Made by a program: the position numbers and the translations under genes
NCBI GenBank assembly: GCA_964057225.1
Contig: OZ059900.1
Span: forward strand, 8,556,001 to 8,620,000
Direction: 5' to 3'
DNA length: 64,000 nt
From: Auanema rhodensis
Taxonomy: Eukaryota; Animalia; Nematoda
In this document: piece by piece, positions 11,833 to 25,750 of the stretch
How positions within the stretch are numbered: the stretch's first letter is position 1
How the letters are laid out: every line of letters starts with the position of its first letter
The notes under the pieces: model-generated
What the model was told of the DNA's origin: nothing
Databases searched by the model: none
What the model saw: the letters and a program-made list of their open reading frames with translations, nothing else

Positions 11833-14800
11833 CGTTGAATATATGGCGTTTTGAGCATAAAAAGGCCCATATTTCAATCAGTTTTGATATTCGTGCAAAA
11901 TACACCTACATCAACATTCTATGACAGTATTCCATACATTTAGTCGTTTTAGAAGAAAAAAACATGCTTAAGATCAAAAGTTTGACTGATTTAGCCAAAA
12001 TGCCCTTCAAACCCCAAAAAACCAATAATTCTTGATATTTTCGGTCCTTTTTGACCAAAGTGGTTAAAATTGGACATCTATATGTAGAAATAGTCGAAGT
12101 TTATGAATCCTGAATTTCAAATCCGTATCTCAAAGGGTCTGATCAAAACATACAGTTTTCACATGTTTTGTACCCGAAATCGTTGAATATATGGCGTTTT
12201 GAGCATAAAAAGGCCCATATTTCAATCAGTTTCGATATTCGTGCAAAATACAGCTATATCAACATTCTATGACAGTATTCCATACATTTAGTCGTTTTAG
12301 AAGAAAAAATATGCTTAAGATCAAAAGTTTGACTGATTTTGCCAAAATGCCCTTCAATCCCCAAAAAACCAATAATTCTTGATATTTTCGGTCCTTTTTG
12401 ACCAAAGTTGTTAAAATTGAACATATATATGTAAAAATAGTCAAAGTTTATGAATCCTGAATTTCAAATCCATATCTCAAAGGGTCTGATCAAAACATAC
12501 AGTTTTCACATGTTTTGTACCCAAAATCGTTGAATATATGGCGTTTTGAGCATAAAAAGGCCCATATTTCAATCAGTTTTGATATTCGTGCAAAATACAC
12601 CTATATGAACATTCTTTGACAGTATTTCATACATTTAGTCGTTTTAGAAGAAAAAAATATGCTTAAGATCAAAAGTTTGACTGATTTTGCCAAAATGCCC
12701 TTCAAACCCCAAAAAACCAATAATTCTTGATATTTTCGGTCCTTTTTGACCAAAGTGGTTAAAATTGGACATATATATGTAAAAATAGTCAAAGTTTATG
12801 AATCCTGAATTTCAAATCCATATCTCAAAGAGTCTGATCAAAACATAGAGTTTTCACATGTTTTGTACCCAAAATCGTTGAATATATGGCGTTTTGAGCA
12901 TAAAAAGGCCCATATTTCAAGCAGTTTCGATATTCGTGCAAAATACACCTATATCAACATTCTTTGACAGTATTTCATACATTTAGTCGTTTTAGAAGAA
13001 AAAAATATGCTTAAGATCAAAAGTTTGACTGATTTTGCCAAAATGCCCTTCAAACCCCAAAAAACCAATAATTCTTGATATTTTCGGTCCTTTTTGACCA
13101 AAGTGGTTAAAATTGGACATATATATGTAGAAATAGTCGAAGTTTATGAATCCTGAATTTCAAATCCATATCTCAAAGGGTCTGATCAAAACATACAGTT
13201 TTCACATGTTTTGTACCCAAAATCGTTGAATATATGGCGTTTTGAGCATAAAAAGGCCCATATTTCAATCAGTTTTGATATTCGTGCAAAATACAGCTAT
13301 ATCAACATTCTATGACAGTATTTCATACATTTAGTCGTTTTAGAAGAAAAAAATATGCTTAAGATCAAAAGTTTGACTGATTTTGCCAAAATGTCCTTCA
13401 AACCCCAAAAAACCAATAATTCTTGATATTTTCGGTCCTTTTTGACCAAAGTGGTTAAAATTGAACATATATATGTGAAAATAGTCAAAGTTTATGAATC
13501 CTGAATTTCAAATCCATATCTCAAAGGGTCTGATCAAAACATACAGTTTTCACATGTTTTGTACCCAAAATCGTTGAATATATGGCGTTTTGAGCATAAA
13601 AAGGCCCATATTTCAATCAGTTTTGATATTCGTGCAAAATACACCTACATCAACATTCTATGACAGTATTCCATACATTTAGTCGTTTTAGAAGAAAAAA
13701 ACATGCTTAAGATCAAAAGTTTGACTGATTTAGCCAAAATGCCCTTCAAACCCCAAAAAACCAATAATTCTTGATATTTTCGGTCCTTTTTGACCAAAGT
13801 GGTTAAAATTGGACATCTATATGTAGAAATAGTCGAAGTTTATGAATCCTGAATTTCAAATCCGTATCTCAAAGGGTCTGATCAAAACATACAGTTTTCA
13901 CATGTTTTGTACCCAAAATCGTTGAATATATGGCGTTTTGAGCATAAAAAGGCCCATATTTCAATCAGTTTCGATATTCGTGCAAAATACAGCTATATCA
14001 ACATTCTATGACAGTATTCCATACATTTAGTCGTTTTAGAAGAAAAAATATGCTTAAGATCAAAAGTTTGACTGATTTTGCCAAAATGCCCTTCAATCCC
14101 CAAAAAACCAATAATTCTTGATATTTTCGGTCCTTTTTGACCAAAGTGGTTAAAATTGAACATATATATGTAAAAATAGTCAAAGTTTATGAATCCTGAA
14201 TTTCAAATCCATATCTCAAAGGGTCTGATCAAAACATACAGTTTTCACATATTTTGTACCCAAAATCGTTGAATATATGGCGTTTTGAGCATAAAAAGGC
14301 CCATATTTCAATCAGTTTTGATATTCGTGCAAAATACACCTATATGAACATTCTTTGACAGTATTTCATACATTTAGTCGTTTTAGAAGAAAAAAATATG
14401 CTTAAGATCAAAAGTTTGACTGATTTAGCCAAAATGCCCTTCAAACCCCAAAAAACCAATAATTCTTGATATTTTCGGTCCTTTTTGACCAAAGTGGTTA
14501 AAATTGAACATATATATGTAAAAATAGTCAAAGTTTATGAATCCTGAATTTCAAATCCATATCTCAAAGGGTCTGATCAAAACATAGAGTTTTCACATGT
14601 TTTGTACCCAAAATCGTTGAATATATGGCGTTTTGAGCATAAAAAGGCCCATATTTCAATCAGTTTCGATATTCGTGCAAAATACACCTATATCAACATT
14701 CTTTGACAGTATTTCATACATTTAGTCGTTTTAGAAGAAAAAAATATGCTTAAGATCAAAAGTTTGACTGATTTTGCCAAAATGCCCTTCAAACCCCAAA

Positions 14801-14962
14801 AAACCAATAATTCTTGATATTTTCGGTCCTTTTTGACCAAAGTGGTTAAAATTGGACATATATATGTAGAAATAGTCGAAGTTTATGAATCCTGAATTTC
14901 AAATCCATATCTCAAAGGGTCTGATCAAAACATACAGTTTTCACATGTTTTGTACCCAAAAT
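11485..14962. repeat. Local higher-order repeat: 5-monomer unit (1739 bp) x2, M34-38 / M39-43, carrying a 347-bp monomer
   Basis: The A7-to-A6 deletion occurs at 12304-12309 and 14043-14048, and GACATCTAT at 12078/13817. Both pairs are 1739 bp apart. Confidence 0.88.
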
Positions 14963-17050
14963 CGTTGAATAAATGGCGTTTTGAGCATAAAAAGGCCCAT
15001 ATTTCAATCAGTTTTGATATTCGTGCAAAATACACCTATATGAACATTCTATGACAGTCTTCCATACATTTAGTCGTTTTAGATGAAAAAAATATGCTTA
15101 AGATCAAAAGTTTGACTGATTTTGCCAAAATGCCCTTCAATCCCCAAAAAACCAATAATTCTTGATATTTTCGGTCCTTTTTGACCAAAGTGGTTAAAAT
15201 TGAACATAAATATGTAAAAATAGTCAAAGTTTATGAATCCTGAATTTCAAATCCATATCTCAAAGGGTCTGATCAAAACATACAGTTTTCACATGTTTTG
15301 TACCCAAAATCGTTGAATATATGGCGTTTTGAGCATAAAAAGGCCCATATTTCAATCAGTTTTGATAATCGTGCAAAATACACCTATATGAACATTCTTT
15401 GACAGTATTTCATACATTTAGTCGTTTTAGAAGAAAAAAATATGCTTAAGATCAAAAGTTTGACTGATTTAGCCAAAATGCCCTTCAAACCCCAAAAAAC
15501 CAATAATTCTTGATATTTTCGGTCCTTTTTGACCAAAGTGGTTAAAATTGAACATATATATGTAAAAATAGTCAAAGTTTATGAATCCTGAATTTCAAAT
15601 CCATATCTCAAAGGGTCTGATCAAAACATACAGTTTTCACATGTTTTGTACCCAAAATCGTTGAATATATGGCGTTTTGAGCATAAAAAGGCCCATATTT
15701 CAATCAGTTTCGATATTCGTGCAAAATACACCTATATCAACATTCTATGACAGTATTTCATACATTTAGTCGTTTTAGAAGAAAAAAATATGCTTAAGAT
15801 CAAAAGTTTGACTGATTTTGCCAAAATGCCCTTCAATCCCCAAAAAACCAATAATTCTTGATATTTTCGGTCCTTTTTGACCAAAGTGGTTAAAATTGAA
15901 CATAAATATGTAAAAATAGTCAAAGTTTATGAATCCTGAATTTCAAATCCATATCTCAAAGGGTCTGATCAAAACATACAGTTTTCACATGTTTTGTACC
16001 CAAAATCGTTGAATATATGGCGTTTTGAGCATAAAAAGGCCCATATTTCAAGCAGTTTCGATATTCGTGCAAAATACACCTATATCAACATTCTTTGACA
16101 GTATTTCATACATTTAGTCGTTTTAGAAGAAAAAAATATGCTTAAGATCAAAAGTTTGACTGATTTTGCCAAAATGCCCTTCAAACCCCAAAAAACCAAT
16201 AATTCTTGATATTTTCGGTCCTTTTTGACCAAAGTGGTTAAAATTGGACATATATATGTAGAAATAGTCGAAGTTTATGAATCCTGAATTTCAAATCCAT
16301 ATCTCAAAGGGTCTGATCAAAACATACAGTTTTCACATGTTTTGTACCCAAAATCGTTGAATATATGGCGTTTTGAGCATAAAAAGGCCCATATTTCAAT
16401 CAGTTTTGATATTCGTGCAAAATACACCTATATGAACATTCTTTGACAGTATTTCATACATTTAGTCGTTTTAGAAGAAAAAAATATGCTTAAGATCAAA
16501 AGTTTGACTGATTTAGCCAAAATGCCCTTCAATCCCCAAAAAACCAATAATTCTTGATATTTTCGGTCCTTTTTGACCAAAGTGGTTAAAATTGAACATA
16601 AATATGTAAAAATAGTCAAAGTTTATGAATCCTGAATTTCAAATCCATATCTCAAAGGGTCTGATCAAAACATACAGTTTTCACATGTTTTGTACCCAAA
16701 ATCGTTGAATATATGGCGTTTTGAGCATAAAAAGGCCCATATTTCAATCAGTTTTGATATTCGTGCAAAATACACCTATATGAACATTCTTTGACAGTAT
16801 TTCATACATTTAGTCGTTTTAGAAGAAAAAAATATGCTTAAGATCAAAAGTTTGACTGATTTAGCCAAAATGCCCTTCAAACCCCAAAAAACCAATAATT
16901 CTTGATATTTTCGGTCCTTTTTGACCAAAGTGGTTAAAATTGAACATATATATGTAAAAATAGTCAAAGTTTATGAATCCTGAATTTCAAATCCATATCT
17001 CAAAGGGTCTGATCAAAACATAGAATTTTCACATGTTTTGTACCCAAAAT

Positions 17051-19138
17051 CGTTGAATATATGGCGTTTTGAGCATAAAAAGGCCCATATTTCAATCAGT
17101 TTTGATATTTGTGCAAAATACACCTATATGAACATTCTATGACAGTATTTCATACATTTAGTCGTTTTAGAAGAAAAAAATATGCTTAAGATCAAAAGTT
17201 TGACTGATTTTGCCAAAATGCCCTACAATCCCCAAAAAACCAATAATTCTTGATATTTTCGGTCCTTTTTGACCAAAGTGGTTAAAATTGGACATAAATA
17301 TGTAAAAATAGTCAAAGTTTATGAATCCTGATTTTCAAATCCATATCTCAAAGGGTCTGATCAAAACATACAGTTTTCACATGTTTTGTACCCAAAATCG
17401 TTGAATATATGGCGTTTTGAGCATAAAAAGGCCCATATTTCAATCAGTTTCGATATTCGTGCAAAATACACCTATATGAACATTCTATGACAGTATTTCA
17501 TACATTTAGTCGTTTTAGAAGAAAAAAATATGCTTAAGATCAAAAGTTTGACTGATTTTGCCAAAATGCCCTTCAATCCCCAAAAAACCAATAATTCTTG
17601 ATATTTTCGGTCCTTTTTGACCAAAGTGGTTAAAATTGGACATAAATATGTAAAAATAGTCAAAGTTTATGAATCCTGAATTTCAAATCCATATCTCAAA
17701 GGGTCTGATCAAAACATACAGTTTTCACATGTTTTGTACCCAAAATCGTTGAATATACGGCGTTTTGAGCATAAAAAGGCCCATATTTCAATCAGTTTCG
17801 ATATTCGTGCAAAATACACCTATATCAACATTCTATGACAGTATTCCATACATTTAGTCGTTTTAGAAGAAAAAAATATGCTTAAGATCAAAAGTTTGAC
17901 TGATTTTGCCAAAATGCCCTTCAATCCCCAAAAAACCAATAATTCTTGATATTTTCGGTCCTTCTTGACCAAAGTGGTTAAAATTGGACATAAATATGTA
18001 AAAATAGTCAAAGTTTATGAATCCTGAATTTCAAATCCATATCTCAAAGGGTCTGATCAAAACATACAGTTTTCACATGTTTTGTACCCAAAATCGTTGA
18101 ATATATGGCGTTTTGAGCATAAAAAGGCCCATATTTCAATCAGTTTTGATATTTGTGCAAAATACACCTATATGAACATTCTATGACAGTATTTCATACA
18201 TTTAGTCGTTTTAGAAGAAAAAAATATGCTTAAGATCAAAAGTTTGACTGATTTTGCCAAAATGCCCTTCAATCCCCAAAAAACCAATAATTCTTGATAT
18301 TTTCGGTCCTTTTTGACCAAAGTGGTTAAAATTGGACATAAATATGTAAAAATAGTCAAAGTTTATGAATCCTGAATTTCAAATCCATATCTCAAAGGGT
18401 CTGATCAAAACATACAGTTTTCACATGTTTTGTACCCAAAATCGTTGAATATATGGCGTTTTGAGCATAAAAAGGCCCATATTTCAATCAGTTTCGATAT
18501 TCGTGCAAAATACACCTATATGAACATTCTATGACAGTATTTCATACATTTAGTCGTTTTAGAAGAAAAAAATATGCTTAAGATCAAAAGTTTGACTGAT
18601 TTTGCCAAAATGCCCTTCAATCCCCAAAAAACCAATAATTCTTGATATTTTCGGTCCTTTTTGACCAAAGTGGTTAAAATTGGACATAAATATGTAAAAA
18701 TAGTCAAAGTTTATGAATCCTGAATTTCAAATCCATATCTCAAAGGGTCTGATCAAAACATACAGTTTTCACATGTTTTGTACCCAAAATCGTTGAATAT
18801 ATGGCGTTTTGAGCATAAAAAGGCCCATATTTCAATCAGTTCCGATATTCGTGCAAAATACACCTATATCAACATTCTATGACAGTATTCCATACATTTA
18901 GTCGTTTTAGAAGAAAAAAATATGCTTAAGATCAAAAGTTTGACTGATTTTGCCAAAATGCCCTTCAATCCCCAAAAAACCAATAATTCTTGATATTTTC
19001 GGTCCTTCTTGACCAAAGTGGTTAAAATTGGACATAAATATGTAAAAATAGTCAAAGTTTATGAATCCTGAATTTCAAATCCATATCTCAAAGGGTCTGA
19101 TCAAAACATACAGTTTTCACATGTTTTGTACCCAAAAT
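17051..19138. repeat. Probable 3-monomer duplication (1044 bp), M50-52 / M53-55
   Basis: The same order of monomer types appears twice, each ending in a CCTTCTTGACC monomer. There are few private markers. Confidence 0.6.
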
Positions 19139-22100
19139 CGTTGAATATATGGCGTTTTGAGCATAAAAAGGCCCATATTTCAATCAGTTTCGATATTCGT
19201 GCAAAATACAACTATATCAACATTCTATGACAGTATTCCATACATTTAGTCGTTTTAGAAGAAAAAAATATGCTTAAGATCAAAAGTTTGACTGATTTTG
19301 CCAAAATGCCCTTCAATCCCCAAAAAACCAATAATTCTTGATATTTTCGGTCCTTCTTGACCAAAGTGGTTAAAATTGGACATAAATATGTGAAAATAGT
19401 CAAAGTTTATGAATCCTGAATTTCAAATCCATATCTCAAAGGGTCTGATCAAAACATACAGTTTTCACATGTTTTGTACCCAAAATCGTTGAATATATGG
19501 CGTTTTGAGCATAAAAAGGCCCATATTTCAATCAGTTTTGATATTCGTGCAAAATACACCTATATGAACATTCTTTGACAGTATTTCATACATTTAGTCG
19601 TTTTAGAAGAAAAAAATATGCTTAAGATCAAAAGTTTGACTGATTTTGCCAAAATGCCCTTCAAACCCCAAAAAACCAATAATTCTTGATATTTTCGGTC
19701 CTTTTTGACCAAAGTGGTTAAAATTGGACATATATATGTAGAAATAGTCGAAGTTTATGAATCCTGAATTTCAAATCCATATCTCAAAGGGTCTGATCAA
19801 AACATACAGTTTTCATATGTTTTGTACCCAAAATCGTTGAATATATGGCGTTTTGAGCATAAAAAGGCCCATATTTCAATCAGTTTTGGTATTCGTGCGA
19901 AATACACCTATATGAACATTCTATGACAATATTTCATACATTTAGTCGTTTTAGAAGAAAAAAATATGCTTAAGATCAAAAGTTTGACTGATTTTGCCAA
20001 AATGCCCTTCAATCCCCAAAAAACCAATAATTCTTGATATTTTCGGTCCTTTTTGACCAAAGTGGTTAAAATTGAACATATATATGTAAAAATAGTCAAA
20101 GTTTATGAATCCTGAATTTCAAATCCATATCTCAAAGGGTCTGATCAAAACATACAGTTTTCACATGTTTTGTACCCAAAATCGTTGAATATATGGCGTT
20201 TTGAGCATAAAAAGGCCCATATTTCAATCAGTTTTGATATTCGTGCAAAATACACCTATATGAACATTCTATGACAGTATTTCATACATTTAGTCGTTTT
20301 AGAAGAAAAAAATATGCTTAAGATCAAAAGTTTGACTGATTTTGCCAAAATGTCCTTCAAACCCCAAAAAAGCAATAATTCTTGATATTTTCGGTCCTTT
20401 TTGACCAAAGTGGTTAAAATTGAACATATATATGTGAAAATAGTCAAAGTTTATGAATCCTGAATTTCAAATCCATATCTCAAAGGGTCTGATCAAAACA
20501 TACAGTTTTCACATGTTTTGTACCCAAAATCGTTGAATATATGGCGTTTTGAGCATAAAAAGGCCCATATTTCAATCAGTTTTGATATTCGTGCAAAATA
20601 CTTCTATATGAACATTCTATGACAGTATTTCATACATTGAGTCGTTTTAGAAGAAAAAAATATGCTTAAGATCAAAAGTTTGACTGATTTTGCCAAAATG
20701 CCCTTCAATCCCCAAAAAACCAATAATTCTTGATATTTTCGGTCCTTTTTGACCAAAGTGGTTAAAATTGGACATATATATGTAAAAATAGTCAAAGTTT
20801 ATGAATCCTGAATTTCAAATCCATATCTCAAAGGGTCTGATCAAAACATACAGTTTTCACATGTTTTGTACCCAAAATCGTTGAATATATGGCGTTTTGA
20901 GCATAAAAAGGCCCATATTTCAATCAGTTTGGATATTTGTGCAAAATACACCTATATGAACATTCTATGACAGTCTTTCATACATTTAGTCGTTTTAGAA
21001 GAAAAAAATATGCTTAAGATCAAAAGTTTGACTGATTTTGCCAAAATGCCCTTCAATCCCCAAAAAACCAATAATTCTTGATATTTTCGGTCCTTTTTGA
21101 CCAAAGTGGTTAAAATTGGACATATATATGTAAAAATAGTCAAAGTTTATGAATCCTGAATTTCAAATCCATATCTCAAAGGGTCTGATCAAAACATACA
21201 GTTTTCACATGTTTTGTACCCAAAATCGTTGAATATATGGCGTTTTGAGCATAAAAAGGCCCATATTTCAATCAGTTTTGATATTTGTGCAAAATAGACC
21301 TATATGAACATTCTATGACAGTATTTCATACATTTAGTCGTTTTAGAAGAAAAAAATATGCTTAAGATCAAAAGTTTGACTGATTTTGCCAAAATGTCCT
21401 TCAAACCCCAAAAAACCAATAATTCTTGATATTTTCGGTCCTTTTTGACCAAAGTGGTTAAAATTGAACATATATATGTGAAAATAGTCAAAGTTTATGA
21501 ATCCTGAATTTCAAATCCATATCTCAAAGAGTCTGATCAAAACATACAGTTTTCACATGTTTTGTACCCAAAATCGTTGAATATATGGCGTTTTGAGCAT
21601 AAAAAGGCCCATATTTCAATCAGTTTTGATATTCGTGCAAAATACTTCTATATGAACATTCTATGACAGTATTTCATACATTTAGTCGTTTTAGAAGAAA
21701 AAAATATGCTTAAGATCAAAAGTTTGACTGATTTTGCCAAAATGCCCTTCAATCCCCAAAAAACCAATAATTCTTGATATTTTCGGTCCTTTTTGACCAA
21801 AGTGGTTAAAATTGGACATATATATGTAAAAATAGTCAAAGTTTATGAATCCTGAATTTCAAATCCATATCTCAAAGGGTCTGATCAAAACATACAGTTT
21901 TCACATGTTTTGTACCCAAAATCGTTGAATATATGGCGTTTTGAGCATAAAAAGGCCCATATTTCAATCAGTTTGGATATTTGTGCAAAATACACCTATA
22001 TGAACATTCTATGACAGTCTTCCATACATTTAGTCGTTTTAGAAGAAAAAAATATGCTTAAGATCAAAAGTTTGACTGATTTTGCCAAAATGCCCTTCAA

Positions 22101-25100
22101 TCCCCAAAAAAACAATAATTCTTGATATTTTCGGTCCTTTTTGACCAAAGTGGTTAAAATTGGACATATATATGTAAAAATAGTCAAAGTTTATGAATCC
22201 TGAATTTCAAATCCATATCTCAAAGGGTCTGATCAAAACATACAGTTTTCACATGTTTTGTACCCAAAATCGTTGAATATATGGCGTTTTGAGCATAAAA
22301 AGGCCCATATTTCAATCAGTTTCGATATTCGTGCAAAATACACCTATATCAACATTCTATGACAGTATTCCATACATTTAGTCGTTTTAGAAGAAAAAAA
22401 TATGCTTAAGATCAAAAGTTTGACTGATTTTGCCAAAATGCCCTTCAATCCCCAAAAAACCAATAATTCTTGATATTTTCGGTCCTTTTTGACCAAAGTG
22501 GTTAAAATTGAACATATATATGTAAAAATAGTCAAAGTTTATGAAGCCTGAATTTCAAATCCATATCTCAAAGGGTCTGATCAAAACATACAGTTTTCAC
22601 ATGTTTTGTACCCAAAATCGTTGAATATATGGCGTTTTGAGCATAAAAAGGCCCATATTTCAATCAGTTTTGATATTTGTGCAAAATAGACCTATATGAA
22701 CATTCTATGACAGTATTTCATACATTTAGTCGTTTTAGAAGAAAAAAATATGCTTAAGATCAAAAGTTTGACTGATTTTGCCAAAATGCCCTTCAATCCC
22801 CAAAAAACCAATAATTCTTGATATTTTCGGTCCTTTTTGACCAAAGTGGTTAAAATTGGACATATATATGTAAAAATAGTCAAAGTTTATGAATCCTGAA
22901 TTTCAAATCCATATCTCAAAGGGTCTGATCAAAACATACAGTTTTCACATGTTTTGTACCCAAAATCGTTGAATATATGGCGTTTTGAGCATAAAAAGGC
23001 CCATATTTCAATCAGTTTCGATATTTGTGCAAAATACACCTATATGAACATTCTATGACAGTCTTCCATACATTTAGTCGTTTTAGAAGAAAAAAATATG
23101 CTTAAGATCAAAAGTTTGACTGATTTTGCCAAAATGCCCTTCAATCCCCAAAAAAACAATAATTCTTGATATTTTCGGTCCTTTTTGACCAAAGTGGTTA
23201 AAATTGAACATATATATGTAAAAATAGTCAAAGTTTATGAATCCTGAATTTCAAATCCATATCTCAAAGGGTCTGATCAAAACATACAGTTTTCACATGT
23301 TTTGTACCCAAAATCGTTGAATATATGGCGTTTTGAGCATAAAAAGGCCCATATTTCAATCAGTTTTGATATTTGTGCAAAATACACCTATATGAACATT
23401 CTATGACAGTATTTCATACATTTAGTCGTTTTAGAAGAAAAAAATATGCTTAAGATCAAAAGTTTGACTGATTTTGCCAAAATGCCCTTCAATCCCCAAA
23501 AAACCAATAATTCTTGATATTTTCGGTCCTTTTTGACCAAAGTGGTTAAAATTGGACATAAATATGTAAAAATAGTCAAAGTTTATGAAGCCTGAATTTC
23601 AAATCCATATCTCAAAGGGTCTGATCAAAACATACAGTTTTCACATGTTTTGTACCCAAAATCGTTGAATATATGGCGTTTTGAGCATAAAAAGGCCCAT
23701 ATTTCAATCAGTTTTGATATTTGTGCAAAATAGACCTATATGAACATTCTATGACAGTATTTCATACATTTAGTCGTTTTAGAAGAAAAAAATATGCTTA
23801 AGATCAAAAGTTTGACTGATTTTGCCAAAATGCCCTTCAATCCCCAAAAAACCAATAATTCTTGATATTTTCGGTCCTTTTTGACCAAAGTGGTTAAAAT
23901 TGGACATATATATGTAGAAATAGTCGAAGTTTATGAATCCTGAATTTCAAATCCATATCTCAAAGGGTCTGATCAAAACATACAGTTTTCACATGTTTTG
24001 TACCCAAAATCGTTGAATATATGGCGTTTTGAGCATAAAAAGGCCCATATTTCAATCAGTTTTGATATTCGTGCAAAATACACCTATATGAACATTCTTT
24101 GACAGTATTTCATACATTTAGTCGTTTTAGAAGAAAAAAATATGCTTAAGATCAAAAGTTTGACTGATTTTGCCAAAATGCCCTTCAAACCCCAAAAAAC
24201 CAATAATTCTTGATATTTTCGGTCCTTTTTGACCAAAGTGGTTAAAATTGGACATATATATGTGAAAATAGTCAAAGTTTATGAATCCTGAATTTCAAAT
24301 CTATATCTCAAAGGGTCTGATCAAAACATAGAGTTTTCACATGTTTTGTACCCAAAATCGTTGAATATATGGCGTTTTGAGCATAAAAAGGCCCATATTT
24401 CAATCAGTTTCGATATTCGTGCAAAATACACCTATATCAACATTCTATGACAGTATTTCATACATTTAGTCGTTTTAGAAGAAAAAAATATGCTTAAGAT
24501 CAAAAGTTTGACTGATTTTGCCAAAATGCCCTTCAATCCCCAAAAAACCAATAATTCTTGATATTTTCGGTCCTTTTTGACCAAAGTGGTTAAAATTGAA
24601 CATATATATGTAAAAATAGTCAAAGTTTATGAATCCTGAATTTCAAATCCATATCTCAAAGGGTCTGATCAAAACATACAGTTTTCACATGTTTTGTACC
24701 CAAAATCTTTGAATATATGGCGTTTTGAGCATAAAAAGGCCCATATTTCAATCAGTTTTGATATTCGTGCAAAATACACCTATATGAACATTCTATGACA
24801 GTATTTCATACATTTAGTCGTTTTAGAAGAAAAAAATATGCTTAAGATCAAAAGTTTGACTGATTTTGCCAAAATGTCCTTCAAACCCCAAAAAACCAAT
24901 AATTCTTGATATTTTCGGTCCTTTTTGACCAAAGTGGTTAAAATTGAACATATATATGTGAAAATAGTCAAAGTTTATGAATCCTGAATTTCAAATCCAT
25001 ATCTCAAAGGGTCTGATCAAAACATACAGTTTTCACATGTTTTGTACCCAAAATCGTTGAATATATGGCGTTTTGAGCATAAAAAGGCCCATATTTCAAT

Positions 25101-25750
25101 CAGTTTTGATATTCGTGCAAAATACTTCTATATGAACATTCTATGACAGTATTTCATACATTTAGTCGTTTTAGAAGGAAAAAATATGCTTAAGATCAAA
25201 AGTTTGACTGATTTTGCCAAAATGCCCTTCAATCCCCAAAAAACCAATAATTCTTGATATTTTCGGTCCTTTTTGACCAAAGTGGTTAAAATTGAACATA
25301 TATATGTGAAAATAGTCAAAGTTTATGAATCCTGAATTTCAAATCCATATCTCAAAGGGTCTGATCAAAACATACAGTTTTCACATGTTTTGTACCCAAA
25401 ATCGTTGAATATATGGCGTTATGAGCATAAAAAGGCCCATATTTCAATCAGTTTTGATATTCGTGCAAAATACACCTATATGAACATTCTTTGACAGTAT
25501 TTCATACATTTAGTCGTTTTAGAAGAAAAAAATATGCTTAAGATCAAAAGTTTGACTGATTTTGCCAAAATGCCCTTCAAACCCCAAAAAACCAATAATT
25601 CTTGATATTTTCGGTCCTTTTTGACCAAAGTGGTTAAAATTGAACATATATATGTGAAAATAGTCAAAGTTTATGAATCCTGAATTTCAAATCCATATCT
25701 CAAAGGGTCTGATCAAAACATACAGTTTTCACATGTTTTGTACCCAAAAT

